Shown: in pieces, positions 62,801 through 64,000 of the stretch
How the letters are laid out: each line of letters starts with the position of its first letter
Numbering within the stretch: position 1 is the stretch's first letter
Assembly: GCF_963921235.1 (NCBI RefSeq)
Contig: NC_086097.1
Coordinates: 104,100,001 to 104,164,000, forward strand
Length of the DNA: 64,000 nucleotides
From: Mobula hypostoma
Taxonomy: Eukaryota
Direction of reading: 5' to 3'
Program-made: the position numbers and the translations under genes
Notes under the pieces: generated by a model
The model's database searches: none
Seen by the model: the letters and a program-made list of their open reading frames with translations, nothing else
What the model was told of the DNA's origin: nothing

Positions 62801-63975
62801 CAAACTCATGGCAGATGCAATTTAATGTGGATAAATGTGAAGTTATCCACTTTGGTGGCAAAAATAGGAAAACAGATTATTATCTGAATGGTGGCCGATT
62901 AGGAAAAGGGGAGGTGCAACGAGACCTGGGTGTCATTATACACCAGTCATTGAAAGTGGGCATGCAGGTACAGCAGGCGGTGAAAAAGGCGAACGGTATG
63001 CTGGCATTTATAGCGAGAGGATTCGAGTACAGGAGCAGGGAGGTACTACTGCAGTTGTACAAGGCCTTGGTGAGACCACACCTGGAGTATTGTGTGCAGT
63101 TTTGGTCCCCTAATCTGAGGAAAGACATCTTTGCCATAGAGGGAGTACAAAGAAGGTTCACCAGATTGATTCCTGGGATGGCAGGTCTTTCATATGAAGA
63201 AAGACTGGATGAACTGGGCTTGTACTCGTTGGAATTTAGAAGATTGAGGGGGGATCTGATTGAAACGTATAAGATCCTAAAGGGATTGGACAGGCTAGAT
63301 GCAGGAAGATTGTTCCCGATGTTGGGGAGGTCTAGAACGAGGGGTCACAGTTTGAGGATAGAGGGGAAGCCTTTTAGGACCGAGGTTAGGAAAAACTTCT
63401 TCACACAGAGAGTGGTGAATCTGTGGAATTCTCTGCCACAGCAAACTGTTGAGGCCAGTTCATTAGCTATGTTTAAAAGGAAGTTAGATATGGCCCTTGT
63501 GGCTACAGGGGTCAGGGGGTATGGAGGGAAGGCTGGGTTCTGAGTTGGATGATCAGCCATGATCATAATAAATGGCGGTGCAGGCTCGAAGGGCCGAATG
63601 GCCTACTCCTGCACCTATTTTCTATGTTTCTATGTTTCTATGCTCCGTCTAAACTCTTGGAACTAATCAGGTGCCAATCAATATTAGGGAAGTTAAAGTC
63701 ACCCATGATAACAACCCTGTTATTTTTGCACCTTTCCAAAATCTGCCTCCCAATCTGCTCGGTATCTCTGCTGCTACTAGGGGGCCTATAGAATACTCCC
63801 AATAGAGTAACTTCTCCCTTCCTGTTCCTGACTTCCACCCATACTGACTCAAAAGGGGATCCTGCTACATTACCCACCCTTTCTGTAGCTGTAATAGTAT
63901 CCCTGGCCAGTAATGCCACCCCTCCTCTCCTTTTCCCCCTTCTCTATCCCTTTTAAAACACTGAAATCCAGGAAT
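59835..63975 (-). mobile_element. CR1 ORF2 (APE-RT-3' UTR), antisense, interrupted by a young CR1 and a Tigger
   Basis: ORFs 63638-63919 (VFYRPP, MGDFNFP), 61802-62017 (LGDSDH), 61050-61571, 60770-61156 and 59958-60602. Confidence 0.9.
62112..63640 (+). mobile_element. Young 5'-truncated CR1 with an uninterrupted 474-codon RT/C-terminal frame
   Basis: ORF 62119-63543 has no stops ([34 protein letters not shown]); (TTTCTATG)n tail; TGCT duplication (62108-11 and 63641-44). Confidence 0.95.
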
Positions 63976-63976
63976 A

Positions 63977-64000
63977 CAGGTTTCCCCCGCCATCCGAAGG
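63977..64000. mobile_element. Start of a second Tigger copy (runs off the window)
   Basis: TA + CAGGTTTCCCCCGCCATCCGAAGG, identical to 38074-38097. Confidence 0.85.

Noticed and set aside
62119..63543. Intact RT as a domesticated gene, retron or other bacterial RT system
   Set aside because: It has a CR1 tail, a target duplication and a near-identical broken sibling at 23 kb, so it is a recent truncated insertion.
1..64000. CRISPR arrays, operons, rRNA or true tRNA genes
   Set aside because: None seen; the sequence is eukaryotic and tRNA-like sequence is limited to a SINE head and the retroviral primer site.

Overview
This is vertebrate nuclear DNA, not prokaryotic. The repeat content (HE1/V-SINE, CR1 with an SGNH-esterase ORF1, Rex-Babar, Penelope-like elements) suggests a cartilaginous fish, probably a ray (inference). 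A CpG-island promoter at about 0.75-1.75 kb has splice donors facing both ways, so it looks bidirectional. The rest appears to be a long, mostly transposon-derived intronic region of an unidentified + strand gene; I could not confidently identify any host coding exon. Almost all ORFs in the supplied track are transposon fragments or antisense shadows of them. Highlights: (1) a Penelope-like element whose terminal repeat keeps an intact minimal hammerhead ribozyme, plus several decayed copies including a fold-back solo copy with a 16-bp target duplication; (2) a defective endogenous retrovirus with a tRNA-His primer site, gag and protease, hit by three later insertions; (3) a nest in which a Tc1 element splits a Rex tail and itself carries a CR1, a solo LTR and a Helitron; (4) two short RTE-derived non-autonomous elements; (5) odd CR1 junctions. 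These are probably uncatalogued family members of known element classes; I see no firm evidence of a wholly new biological system.
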